Shown here: piece by piece, positions 52,364 through 64,000 of the stretch
How the letters are laid out: each line of letters starts with the position of its first letter
Numbering within the stretch: the first letter of the stretch is position 1
Assembly: GCA_951406725.2 (NCBI GenBank)
Contig: OX597819.1
Coordinates: 89,838,001 to 89,902,000, forward strand
Reading direction: 5' to 3'
Source of the DNA: Octopus vulgaris
Taxonomy: Eukaryota
Length of the DNA: 64,000 nucleotides
Made by a program: the position numbers and the translations under genes
The notes under the pieces: generated by a model
The model's database searches: none
Told to the model about the DNA's origin: nothing
What the model saw: the letters and a program-made list of their open reading frames with translations, nothing else

Positions 52364-54693
52364 CACACACACACGCACACACACATACATACATGTGTGT
52401 GTATGCTTATCCTCTACCACTGCTAGACAAATGGAGTTTGTTTATTTCCTTGTATCTTAATGGTTCAGATCAATTTGACCATAGTCCAATAACTAAACCA
52501 AACAAAAATCAAAAAATAGTTACACAAATCAGCCAACAAGGGAACCTCTATGCAAATCATGTCACTTGCCAAATCTGCACCAAATCAAAACAATGAGTTG
52601 GCCACAGTAGGAAAGCCTTTGTCTGTAGGTTTGTTTGGTCAAAGTTGACCTGGATAGAAGCTCCTCTGTAGCCAGAATACAATGACATCAGATTTAAGGC
52701 AAAGAAATATTCACTTTCTTGCAGAATAAAATGACATGAAAAGCATTTTCATTCACTGCTAAGTTTTCATTAGGTTCTAGTATCAAGACCTGGCATTCAC
52801 ATCATATCATCATGCTTCAGTCCACATGAATAATTGTGAAAAGATTTGCTGAAGGATACAGTCAGACATTGAATGACATTAAAGAAACATTGATGGAAAG
52901 TATTTAGAAAGAGCAGAAGTAAACATCGAAGTTGTGTTAGAGCTAATGAAATCAATGCCTTTGAAAGTGTGTGTGTGTGTCTAATGGGACAAACAGGAAA
53001 AATATAATTCAATACATGAGTTGACACATATCTTTTTTAATTGAAAGAAAAGATACTAAAGTGACTTAAGGGCCAAGAGTTTTATGCATGATATTCATAA
53101 AACATTCAGCCCTTGAATAATCACTTCTGTAACTTTTTTGCCAATGCATATATGCATAAATATATAGTTGCATGCATGTGTACATGCATATATGTATGCA
53201 TGTAACAATGAAAAAAATGTGCGTGTAAATTTTGTTCATGTTTTGCAGCTCACAAGCATTTGAAGTTTATTACGTGCAGTGGTCACTCCTCATCCTTATT
53301 ATCATCATTTAATGTCTCTTTTCCACGATGGCATGATTTAGATGGGTTGACAGAGTCCAAAAATCCACAGAGTTATGTTGGGCCCAGTGTTGGTGTTGAC
53401 ATAGTTTCTACAGCCAAATGACTTTGCTAATGCCAACCACATTGCAGTGTGTTTATAGTCCTGACATTGATCCATCCACCCATTCTTCTATATGCCTTAA
53501 CATTTCTGTTGTGGAGTACAGGTCTTCTTGAATACAGTAAAGTGCCAGGTATCTCATCTGAAAGGTTCAATAACCTGAGATCGTCCTTCAGTACTATATA
53601 TATATATATATATCAGGAGTGGCCATCACAGACAATATACTTCAGTTGTCTGAAAGCTGCAAGACATGAACAAAATTTGCACAAACATGTTTTTATTATT
53701 TCATATTCATTTTGTTACAAAAGTTTTATATGAATAAGAAATACATGTGTGCAATATTATTTATTCAATAAAGTAGCTTTCTTTGTTTTTTAACTGCTGA
53801 TTCGTGTAAGTTTTAGTTATTATAAAATACACATATATTCCAAATATTTTTACGTTCTAGACTGATGATTGTTTTAACTATAGTGAGCATATGGTAATTA
53901 ACTACAAGAACATCTAAGAAAAATATGTGAATTTGCATTTCACTAACATAAAATTAGATTGTCAAAATTAAACCATAATATAGAAAAAAAAGAGATATTT
54001 TTAATGATATTTATTTGTCTTAGTAAATATCTGGTCACAACATAGAGGAAAAAATTTGTATAAAAAAAATAGCAAGCCATTAAAATTAGAGATGTTTTAA
54101 TCAGATACCACTTTACAAAATTACACCCTTATCACAATATTATTACAACAAACTGCAGACAGACAATACTACAGTTATGAAGCTAATAAAGCCACTATTT
54201 ATGTTTCATAGTGATCTTGTGGGTCTCCGGCTTGTCTGAGAGTCATTGAAATATCTCCTTGATATGTTGTCACCAAGGTTGTATAAGTTAACTCTGCCAG
54301 TTGATTATTTATAAAGACTGTACAATGTTTTGACCTCAAAACATTATAAAGTACAATAGTAGTATCATCATCATCATCATCTTCATCACCATCAATTAAT
54401 ATCCACTTTTCTATCCTTGCATGGGTCATATGGAATCTGTTGAAGCAAATTTTCCTGTGGCCAGATGCCCTTCTTGCTATCAATCCTTACCTGTTTCCAG
54501 ATAAGGTAATAGTATGTTATACCAAAAATCAAGTGGGACTCACTAGTTCTGGTTTCCTTCAGTTCAGGATGTTATACTTCTGAAGTTTATGAATAATCTC
54601 TTGATTTAGTTCCTGCTGTCATTCTGTTAGTTTCAAATTTATTCTGTCTGTCTTATGTACTGATATCATTATTAATATCACTAATAGCTTTTA

Positions 54694-55290
54694 AGGTGGC
54701 AAACTGGTAAAATCGTTAGCACGCCAGACAAAATGCTTAGCAACGTTTCTTCTGACTTTACATTCTCAGTTCAGATTCCACTGAGGTCAACTTTGCCTTT
54801 CATCCTTTCAGGGTTAATAAAATAGGTACCAGTTAAGCAATGGGTGTCCATATAATCAACTAGCCAACTCCCCTAAAATTTCAAGCCTTGTACCTACAGT
54901 AGAAAGAAACGATTTCAAATTTTGACACAGGGCCAGCAGTTTTTCAGGGAAGGGGTAAGTCAGTTACATCAACGCCAGTATGCAACTGGTACTGACCTTG
55001 AAAGGATGAAAGGCAAAATCAACTTCGGTGGAATTTAAACACAAAACGTGAAGATAGAGGAAATGTTGCTAAGCATTTTACCCAGCATGCTAACAGTTCT
55101 GCCAGCTTGCCACTTTGCAGTAGAAAGAAATATTGATTTCAAATTTTGGCATAAGGCCAGCAATTTACTTACTTTATCAACCCTGAAGGGATGAAAAGCA
55201 AAATCAACCTCAGTAGAATTTGAACCCAGAGCATGAAGAAAGACAAAATTCCACTTAGCATTTCACCCAGAATTCTAACAATTCTGCCAG
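54694..55290. mobile_element. Cluster of three second-family SINEs (one +, two -)
   Basis: GGTGGCAAACTGGTAAAATCGTTAGC...TTTGCCTTTCATCC, followed by two reverse-complement copies. Confidence 0.75.
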
Positions 55291-55521
55291 CTTGCCACTT
55301 TACAGTAGAAACAAATACTACAAATAGATTTTATTTTAATGGAAGATTATTGTATTTCCATTGCTGTTCTGTTCAAAGGTTTTACTTTTATTTTGTCAGT
55401 GAACTTTGTATATCTTCCTTAGAATTAGCAAGTCTTTTAGATATTTTTAATGCTGTCTAGGTAACTGGTTGGTCTTATCTTACAATGGAATGGTATGTGT
55501 AGTTTTTCATAGTGTGTGTAC

Positions 55522-55730
55522 TTTTTATCTTTTACTTGTTTAAGTCATTGGACTGTGGCCATGCTGGGGCACCACCTTGAAAGGTTCGTAGTCAAACCAG
55601 TTAATTCCAGTACTTATTTTTTTTAAAGTCTGGTACTTATTCTGTTAGTCACTTTTACCAAACTGCTAAGTTATGGGGATGTAAACTAACATCAGTTGTC
55701 AAGTGGTAAGTTTGGGACAAACAAACTCTA
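55522..55730 (-). mobile_element. OR/OK-like SINE tail
   Basis: GACTGTGGCCATGCTGGGGCACCACC...GCTAAGTTATGGGGATGTAAAC. Confidence 0.75.
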
Positions 55731-55801
55731 AGACACACACACACATACATTATGGCCATAGTCTAATGACTGAAACAAGTAAAATAACAAAGAATTAAAG
55801 A

Positions 55802-55862
<61 letters not shown>

Positions 55863-56540
55863 CATACATACATACATACATACATACATACATACATACA
55901 TACATACATACATACATACATACATACATACACACATACATACATATATTTATGATGAACTATTATACAGTTTCCATGTACCAAATTCTCTCACAAGGCA
56001 TTGGTCAGCCCAGGGTTACAGTAAAAGTGTCAATCAGTGGAATTGAACCAGAGGCCCAACGGTTACTAAGCAAGATTTTTAACCACTCAGCCATGCTTCT
56101 TTCTCTCTCTCTTTCTCTCTCTCCAAACACACACACAGAGTATTTGTACATTAATTTATACATTGGTGAATATTCAGTGTATGATTGACAATGGACAAAA
56201 TTCTCCACCAATCAAACAAAACATCAACACCTTTGCTACCACCACCATCATCACTATCACCAACACCACCACCACCGTTATCACTCATGCATGCACTTAC
56301 ATACACAGATAGTTACAGATAGCTACACATACATGCCTGTTTTCACATAAACAATAGCTAATTGTTAATATGGGATTATTGTTTTATGGTTTTCATTGTA
56401 AGTTTGTTTTTTTTACTTGTCTTAGTGTCTTTCTTTTTTTTGTTTTAAAATTCTTTAATGTATAGAATTTCTGTTAAGTCATTCATATAAAATTATTTGC
56501 TTGACTAGATTTTCAGCAAAACACACATACACATACCCAA

Positions 56541-56593
<53 letters not shown>

Positions 56594-56909
56594 CATAGCT
56601 ACATTCATACAGTCTTATATATCTCAAGGTACAACACTCTCGCGTGCATCAGCTTACTCAGTAATCAGTATGCAACCCACTTGCACACCTGTACGTACAC
56701 ATTCATAAGCACACACATAAGGGCATACGCATCAGTATATATTCACACACAGCGCATCGGCTTGTACCATACATACATAAACAACAAATACACGGATGCA
56801 TGCAAACACATGCCAACATATACACATACACACAGAATACATCAACATGCACTTTTGACGCATTTTCATATAGCCGAACATCTGTGTGTGTATGTACATG
56901 TCTGTAAGT

Positions 56910-56958
<49 letters not shown>

Positions 56959-57796
56959 TGTGTGTGTGTGTGTGTGTACATACATATATATGACACTCAC
57001 TCCCAGCGCAATAGAGATAACGAAACCTCGGATTTGTTACTAGGAGGGGAACCTATTTCCTCAGGCAAGACACTAACCCATCCCCTTCCCACATATCCCC
57101 CACCACTACCAACACACTTCTTAAATTCTCACATCCCCTGTATAATCCATTATCACTTGACATCAACACAGAAGTGTTAAATATCTTTCCTCAGTTTTCA
57201 AAAATAAAAATGATAAAAAAAATAATGTGTTATTTTTTTCTTTTAATAAAAATAAATAGAATAAACACACTACAAGAAAAGAAAATCTAAATAAACAAGA
57301 CTATATTTTCATGTTTTTTTAAAATTATATTCTGTGTTTTGCATTTGTTTTGTTTGTTCTTTGGTTAACTTCATAATTGTTCCTATTTTGCCAGTGGCTC
57401 TGTTTTATTATCTTAATAAAGAGATCTGTATAGAAAAATAAAATGAGAGAAGATACAAAGGTTCATCTGTAAATGGAGACTCTAGTTTCAGAGTCGACCT
57501 AGTTGAATCTCTCTTCAACTGTTTCAAGTACTGAAAGATGTTGTTATTGTTTAAGCTCAGCTCTGCTCTTGACCAAGCAAAGCTATGATCAAAGTCATTC
57601 TAGCTATGAACATTTCATATTTTCTCTACAAACACTGTATCTAGCGCTACAAGGTCTTAATGTGGCCTTTATTGTAGTAATAACTCCAGGTCAGCTTTTA
57701 TCATCAAGCAAACATATGGTTAAAGCAGGCATCATGAGTAAATTCTCAGGACAAACAGTAGGTATTAAATAATATGAAGTTGTGTCATTGACTGTG

Positions 57797-58140
57797 AAGG
57801 CACATAGCTCAGTGGTTAGAGCATTGGGGTTCACAGTTATGGTGTAGTGAGTTTGATTCCTGGACTGGGCTGTGTGTTGTGCTCTTGAGCAAGACACTTT
57901 ATTTCACATTGCTTCAGTTCACTCAGCTGTAGAAATGAGTTGTGACATTACTGGTGCCAAGATGTATAGGCTTTTACCTTTCTCTTGGATAACATTGATG
58001 ATATTGAGAGGGGAGGCAGGTATGCATAGGCGACTGCTAGTCTTTGATAAACAACCTTGTTCAGACTTGTGCTTTGGAGGGAACCTTTCAGAGTTCAATC
58101 CCATGGTCATTTATGACTGAAGGGGGTCTTTACCCTTTAC
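57797..58140 (+). mobile_element. tRNA-derived SINE, third family
   Basis: A box TAGCTCAGTGG, B box GAGTTTGATTCC; body matches 46790-47224. Confidence 0.8.
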
Positions 58141-58358
58141 TCTATATGTCATCGACTCAATGGCTTAGTGATGTAGACACCTCTGATGAGAACCCAATAA
58201 GGTTAAAAAATTGATTAAGGCTGTTCATCATGTTTTTCAATCAGTGGAAAAATTGTTAAGTTTACCCTTTTTGCATAAACAAATCACTGCCTTTGTTTAT
58301 AATTTCAATGAAAAAGCATTTTTCTGATCAATACTTATATCTGTCATTGCATCCACAA

Positions 58359-58694
58359 CATCAACATTAGTGGTTGGGAGGCAGTCGCCGGCAACCGTGG
58401 AAAATGGCGACGTACAGTAAAAGAGGGTATACAGAGGAGTGACAGAAAGAGAGAGGAGAAATGGAAAGAAAGGAAGAGACATAAACAAGAGACCATGGCA
58501 CTACAATCAGCCAGGAACAGTCTTCGCTACATTTGCAGTACCTGCCAGAGGGAGTGTTTGTCCAGGATAGGACTACACAGCCACAGCAAGAAATGTAACA
58601 GGAAATAAAATATAACAGCCAGACTAGACCTAGAAAAAAAAAAAAAAAAAAAATGCGCAACTCCATTGTCTCCCGAGACAGAAAGGATGCCAAA
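58359..58694 (+). mobile_element. Short non-autonomous retroposon with RTE-type 3' end and 14-bp TSD
   Basis: CATTGCATCCACAA at 58345-58358 and 58695-58708; ends in CCATTGTCTCCCGAGACAGAAAGGATGCCAAA, resembling RTE/BovB-type 3' termini. Confidence 0.7.
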
Positions 58695-58719
58695 CATTGC
58701 ATCCACAAATCACAGTACA

Positions 58720-59870
58720 GTTGATGCTTTTGCTTGGAGATTCTGAGCTTTTCTAGAATTCTTCTAAGGACAAGGATTTGTGATAGTGTTCATCTGCTTT
58801 TGCAAAAACTATTTTGGTTCTGTCATAGAATAGTATCAATGCAAAGGACATTCTATGAAGGAGCATAGTTTTCTAAATTTTTGAAGCTAGAGGTAAAAGT
58901 GAAATCTTCTGTAGTTCTGAAGCAGGTGCAGATCATCTTTCTTTGGAGGTGGAATAATTATAGACTTTGAAAAGGCTGTTCATTTGTTTTCTTTAAAGGT
59001 CTCATTAACAGAAGTCCAAGAGATGGTTGTAGAAGAGTTGATGCTTCCAGATAATTTCTGGATACAGTGTCTTGTTATTTTGTAACTTTCTTTTTAAGCT
59101 TTTTCAAATGTCTTCTGTGATAAATGGACCTCTCTGGATCAGCAAGCTATTTGCTAATTTACGGTTGAAGAAAGGACGCTTGTCAAGTTTGGTATTCCAT
59201 TGCTCTGTTTTACCAAAAGTAACTTGAAATGCTGAAACTAGGTATCTAGATGGTGGCCAGTGGTTTTCCCCTACAATGTGAATCACTGCCAAAACTATAT
59301 TCTCAATAAATTTCTTCAAAACTACCCAGGTGGCAGCATGCTTCTTTTCAGTATGAAAGTGAAGTTGTTGAGTTCTTCAGTTTTGGACTTGATTTGGGTT
59401 TCTAGTATCTCTTTGTATGCTTCAAGTGGACATTAATTAAATCAATGTTTATTTTAGATTTCCTAGTTGACCTACATCTATTCTTTAGGGCTGCAGCCTT
59501 CAGATCTCTTCTGGCCTTTGTTATCTTCTCATTTAAGCAAGGGTTGGGTGCCTGTTTTCTCTTCCTTGGGAGCAATTCCAGTAATATATTTATGTTGGCA
59601 GTGGTTAGGATGTCATATACAGCATTGCTATTTTATGAATCATGGAGAATTATTTTCTCAGTGTTATATAAAATGACCATTTCATTCTTTTGTCCATTCC
59701 ATATTGGTTTATGTACTCACCATTTATGTTGATGATTCCATGATTTGCCAATATATAGATAAAAGAGAAAAAAGCCTAGTTATCGCTTGTATGCCAAAAT
59801 GATTTGGTAGCTTGTACTATGCTTTCATCTATTGTTTTATGCACCCTTGTCATTGTGAGCAAAGACAAAC
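58720..59870 (-). mobile_element. Possible highly degenerate LINE remnant
   Basis: Short protein-like - strand segments (NAVYDILTTANINILLELLPRKRK...ITKARRDLKAAA) interrupted by stops, with no splice structure; family not identifiable. Confidence 0.3.
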
Positions 59871-60416
59871 ATTCTCTTGGCCTTCCTGCTCCTGATTCAG
59901 TAGAACATCAAGGGGAAGGATGCAAGAAAGAGAAAGAGAGAGCAAGTTGATGATGTTGAGTGGTTGGGTAAGTTGCAAAAGTGTAGGCCAAAATACATAC
60001 ATACATACATACATACATACATACATACATACATACATACATACATACATACATGCATACATGCATACATGCATACATACATACATACATACATACATAT
60101 GTATATATATAAATATACATCTATTTGTACACACACGCTCGTGTTTGTGTGTATTTCATCTGTTTTTATATATCTTTAAAAAAAATGAAATGACCAATTG
60201 AGATATTATTTTCATAAAAATTATTAAAAAACATATATATTTCCATTTCTGTACTTCTGTACACTGTCTGTTGTATTTTTCTTACTTTTATATTTATTTT
60301 CATTATTCAAAAGCAAAATGTTAGGTCTATATAGAATTTTGATAACAGCAATTTTTTAGGGATTTTTTCAACTGAAGACCATATTAATATAACTAAAAGC
60401 TATTCATGTGTTTGTA

Positions 60417-60557
60417 TTAGTTCTCTTTCCCTGATAAGACACCATTAACAGGTTCCATTTTGTTGGAAGCATTTAAGTCAGGTTCCTGGTCTAAGGACAG
60501 TTCCTTCTCACCAGTCTTGGAAGCCCTGAAAAGTGTAGGATATGGCCCTCTGTCCTT
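60417..60557 (-). CDS. Candidate terminal coding exon of an unidentified minus-strand gene
   Basis: Acceptor TTTTCCTGTTTTTGTTAG; open phase-0 frame KDRGPYPTLFRASKTGEKELSLDQEPDLNASNKMEPVNGVLSGKEN*; AATAAA on the - strand at 60293-60298; unique, GC-elevated sequence. No homologue recognised. Confidence 0.5.
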   Translation of the reverse strand, partial: KDRGPYPTLFRASKTGEKELSLDQEPDLNASNKMEPVNGVLSGKEN

Positions 60558-61177
60558 CTAACAAAAACAGGAAAATATGAGCATCATTAACCATCACTGT
60601 GCTGATTAAATTTTGGTGTACTGATTGCAGAGACTGAATATATTTGTTATATGGGTTAAAATTTACATCTACAAGTTAATTACACAAATAATTACTAAAA
60701 CATGTTTTTTGATCCAAAACAAATTAACTCAGTTCCTGTCTTTCAAGTGCACATGCATGGAACCATGTATACTCAGTTCTTACTCAGTAAGGGTTAATGT
60801 TAAACAGTTTACAAGAGCATACAAAAATTTTCTTCTAACTATAACACCAAGCAGCAACACCTACAGCACCTGAATATATTAGCATTTTCTATTATACACA
60901 TTGAATAAAGGCAACAGTGAATATTTGACATGATTTTGAATTGAAAAAAACTTTAAGAAAACTGGGCAATGACAAATAACTAACATACTATAACCTTTTC
61001 TGGGAATATTAAAATGAAACTGATGAAGAATTAGATAACAGATGAAAATAGTGAATGAATACATGTTGTCATCTAGATGCTAAACAGCTGCCTTTATCTG
61101 TACTGAAGAATGTTAACATGATGTTAATGTGTCTTCCCAGATATCTGCCTCACTGATTTATTTTTTACAATTTCCAG

Positions 61178-61236
61178 GGATCTTGCCAAGCAGATTGAAA
61201 GTATTTGAAAACAACGATACTTGTAATTCCTTGTAA
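61178..61236 (+). CDS. CSTPP1: Probable following (possibly last coding) exon of the CSTPP1/C11orf49 homologue
   Basis: Branch-like CTGAT + TTATTTTTTACAATTTCCAG acceptor. Phase 1 gives (G)ILPSRLKVFENNDTCNSL* vs human GALPDKGDL... The stop TAA overlaps a GTAAGT donor at 61233. Confidence 0.6.
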
Positions 61237-61499
61237 GTATTTATAGGCTTTTCAGTTTGTTTCTACTTGTACCACATGTTAATATACTGATGTATGATTT
61301 TACAGTGCATAAGATTTTGGGGGAAAATTCATTTGGATAAATCTTTAGCCATTCTTCCGTAGGAATTCTAGAAATCATTTCACACAAAATACATTGTTAT
61401 CAAAAACAATAAATAATTAAATACCATTGGCACAATATTTTGATCAAAACTGAGATAAGAGGTCACTATTTTATAAACTGTACACATCAGCTCCTTTAA

Positions 61500-61720
61500 C
61501 CGTTTAGTATTCAGATTATTCTGTCAAATGTAATGCTCATTTATTCACCTTGTTTTGAATTAATCATGCAAAAACATCGTAGCAGTGAAATTTTGAGGAT
61601 GTGATTGCTTATTCTTAGAATGACATTGTAGGATAAGTGTGCAAAGCCAAATCTGATTAGTTTGAACATATAACAGGTAGAATATTTGGGTCGGATATGG
61701 CCGGTTTAAATGCTAAAGGA
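61500..61720. mobile_element. TTAA-flanked MITE (same family as 37430-37649)
   Basis: TTAA|CCGTTTAGTATTCAGA ... TTTAAATGCTAAAGGA|TTAA. Confidence 0.78.
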
Positions 61721-62147
61721 TTAAAGGTCATGTTAATCATTTGACATAATGACAAACTACATACATATGTTCATATCAGTTCAGTGAAATAAAATATTTT
61801 AAACCAAATACCATCTTGAAAGGTTCATGATCCATGACCACAATATATATATATATCCAATCTATATAACCTTTACACATACACACCCAAGCCATTTATA
61901 AACACCAATACAACGTAATTCTAATTTCATAATCCTATGCATATGATTCAGGCAAGCATATGATTCAAGCATACAAATGTTCCAAAATAACCACAATGTC
62001 AATTTACACCAGCATTTGTGCTGAGTTGCCAAGTTCTTTTAGCGGATACTCAGGAATCAAAAGCCCATGATATACAAACTGTAGTCCATCCTGTTAATTT
62101 CTGCTGTTATCAGAACCTTCAAACAAGCAGAACAGCAAACTGCTTAA

Positions 62148-62367
62148 CCCTTTTGTTACCAACCCAGCTGAAACCAGCTCTGATTCTGAGTACAAATGTC
62201 TTGTTTTCATAAATTTTGAATTAAAATCTTACACCAAAACTTAGTCACAGTTTATGTTCTGAACACTACCTTAATGGTAACTAAGTTATTTTACTAAATT
62301 CCTTGTTATATTTAAAGTAATTGAAAGAAATACAGAGTATCTCAAAATAAATACAGTAACAAAAGGG
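62148..62367. mobile_element. piggyBac-type MITE (inverted copy of 29855-30076)
   Basis: TTAA|CCCTTTTGTTACC ... GTAACAAAAGGG|TTAA. Confidence 0.85.
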
Positions 62368-64000
62368 TTAATGTGTGTGTTCATCATCTGACATATTTAT
62401 AGACTGCATAGATGAATTTTATATTACTACATCCCACGTAACTGAACCGTGTATCGGTCTATTATTCTCAACAAGATTGATGTCTGCCTCAGTTTAATGG
62501 GTTTCTTTAGGCAGAACCATCTGTAGTCACTCATTAACAAAAAAATTTGTCCAACAGAGTCTTTTTTTACCAGCTTCAGATTTCACGTGGTGTAGAAAAG
62601 AAAAACTAAAAATACACTGCTGTAAATCACTAAATTTAAACGAATTATTCTCATCACTAAGAATAATTAAAAAGTGAAGGTAAATTTAAGTATTTCTATA
62701 TAAATTATGATTTTTTTTTAGGTACTTGCTGTTTTTTTTTAAGAAATAGAAATATCATTGGTTTAACCTCATTGTATTATTAATGCATTTTGTAACTTCA
62801 AGAGTATGGATGGATAAAAGGATAAAATAATAAATAACCAACCAAGAGGTTTTAGATTCTTATACTGTAATCAACATTGCAACTCTGAAGTGGTCTAGAT
62901 CACCTAGTTGTAAGTAGGGTACCCTGCACAGTAAAATTGACCAAGTGGTCTGTCTACTTGCAGTATTGAGTTCATCTTCTCTTGTGGACCTAGGGAAGGC
63001 AAATGGAAAGCCATTCCAGAGTAATCTTTTTTAGCATCATTATATGAAGACCACCTCTTCAGTGGTAACCTCTAACCAGAAGCCTTACAGAACTCTCTCA
63101 GGGTTTACAACTTCAAGACAATTAAAGGTAAAGTCAACCCCAGTAGGGCTTGAATTTAGAAATCTAAAATCAGGTGAACTAGATAATGATTTCTAACATT
63201 GACACAAAGTAACAAATTTTGAAGGATTGGGGTATTTTTAATTATATCAGTTCCAGAATTTGACCAATTACTTCTTTTATCAACATAAATAAGAAGAAAA
63301 GTAAAATCAACTTCAGTATTTCTTGAACTTAGAATACAAAGAAATGTAACTAAATATTGTAAGTCATTCTACCCATTGTCTCTTGATACTGTTAAACCTC
63401 AACCTTCACTGAACTGGATAATTGTATAATTGTCTGCTTTTTTTGTTCTTTTTTTTATGGCATTCCACTGTTTTTCTCTTGCAATTAATCACATCTCAAG
63501 TATTAATTTCACTGCACTGAGCTGCACTGCAAATCATATCACAAGTGTATCACAACAAGCATACCTCTAGCTTTGATCTTCTTGTTTTTGATAACAAAAG
63601 GGTATCCATTCATTGACAAAAAATAACAACAAGAAAAAATAAACCCTTTTTCCCCATCAGTTAAATCTAGACACTACAATGAAACTAGAAACACACACCA
63701 TGAAATGGTTTAAACATGGCCTATACAGGTTATCTTTTAGCAAGTACCAGGTCTGTAGAAATATTGTAAACCCACTGTCTAAACTACAGTTGAGAAAAAC
63801 TATTAATGTCACTTTACATTATATAGCAAACATATGAAATGTAAATTGGCTACTAAAAGCAAGTCACACCCAATTTGCTTGTACAACAAGATCATTTATC
63901 AAAAGGATATCGTATGCTACATTTTGTTTAAACTCTATACTGTATTTAAGCAGTAGATTAGCTAAGCTGGCAGAATACTTAACGAAACAACTCATCTTTT

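Noticed and set aside
59489-59560. Alternative candidate for the next CSTPP1 exon (TTTAG|GGCTGCAGCC)
   Set aside because: Translation GLQPSDLFW fits the family worse than GILPSR at 61178 and lies in a probable LINE remnant
63565-63620. Possible upstream exon of the minus-strand gene (GTATGC donor on - strand)
   Set aside because: No convincing AG acceptor and no recognisable protein similarity

Overview
Repeat-saturated, AT-rich eukaryotic DNA. The SINE families, microsatellite load and gene structure point to an octopus/cephalopod genome (inferred, not database-checked). There are three 100-N scaffold gaps. One host gene is recognisable: a + strand CSTPP1/C11orf49 (UPF0705) homologue with exons at 38798-38993, 46626-46741 and probably 61178-61236, separated by very large TE-filled introns. 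A candidate terminal exon of an unidentified - strand gene (60417-60557) lies inside its last visible intron. The rest is mobile DNA: a young CR1-type LINE, a deleted non-autonomous Ty3/Gypsy LTR element, a Neptune-type Penelope element (RT + GIY-YIG), several mariner/Tc1 derivatives, hAT and piggyBac-type MITEs, two Helitron derivatives, RTE remnants and many tRNA-derived SINEs. It also holds a 4.7-kb ATGCAAAT-containing minisatellite and a degenerate telomere-like tract. The most striking unexplained structure is a recurring set of short non-coding elements carrying minimal hammerhead-ribozyme motifs, often inserted as inverted pairs. One of them fuses a tRNA-derived pol III head to a hammerhead-bearing tail (39675-40777). 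Almost all ORFs in the supplied track are microsatellite artefacts.
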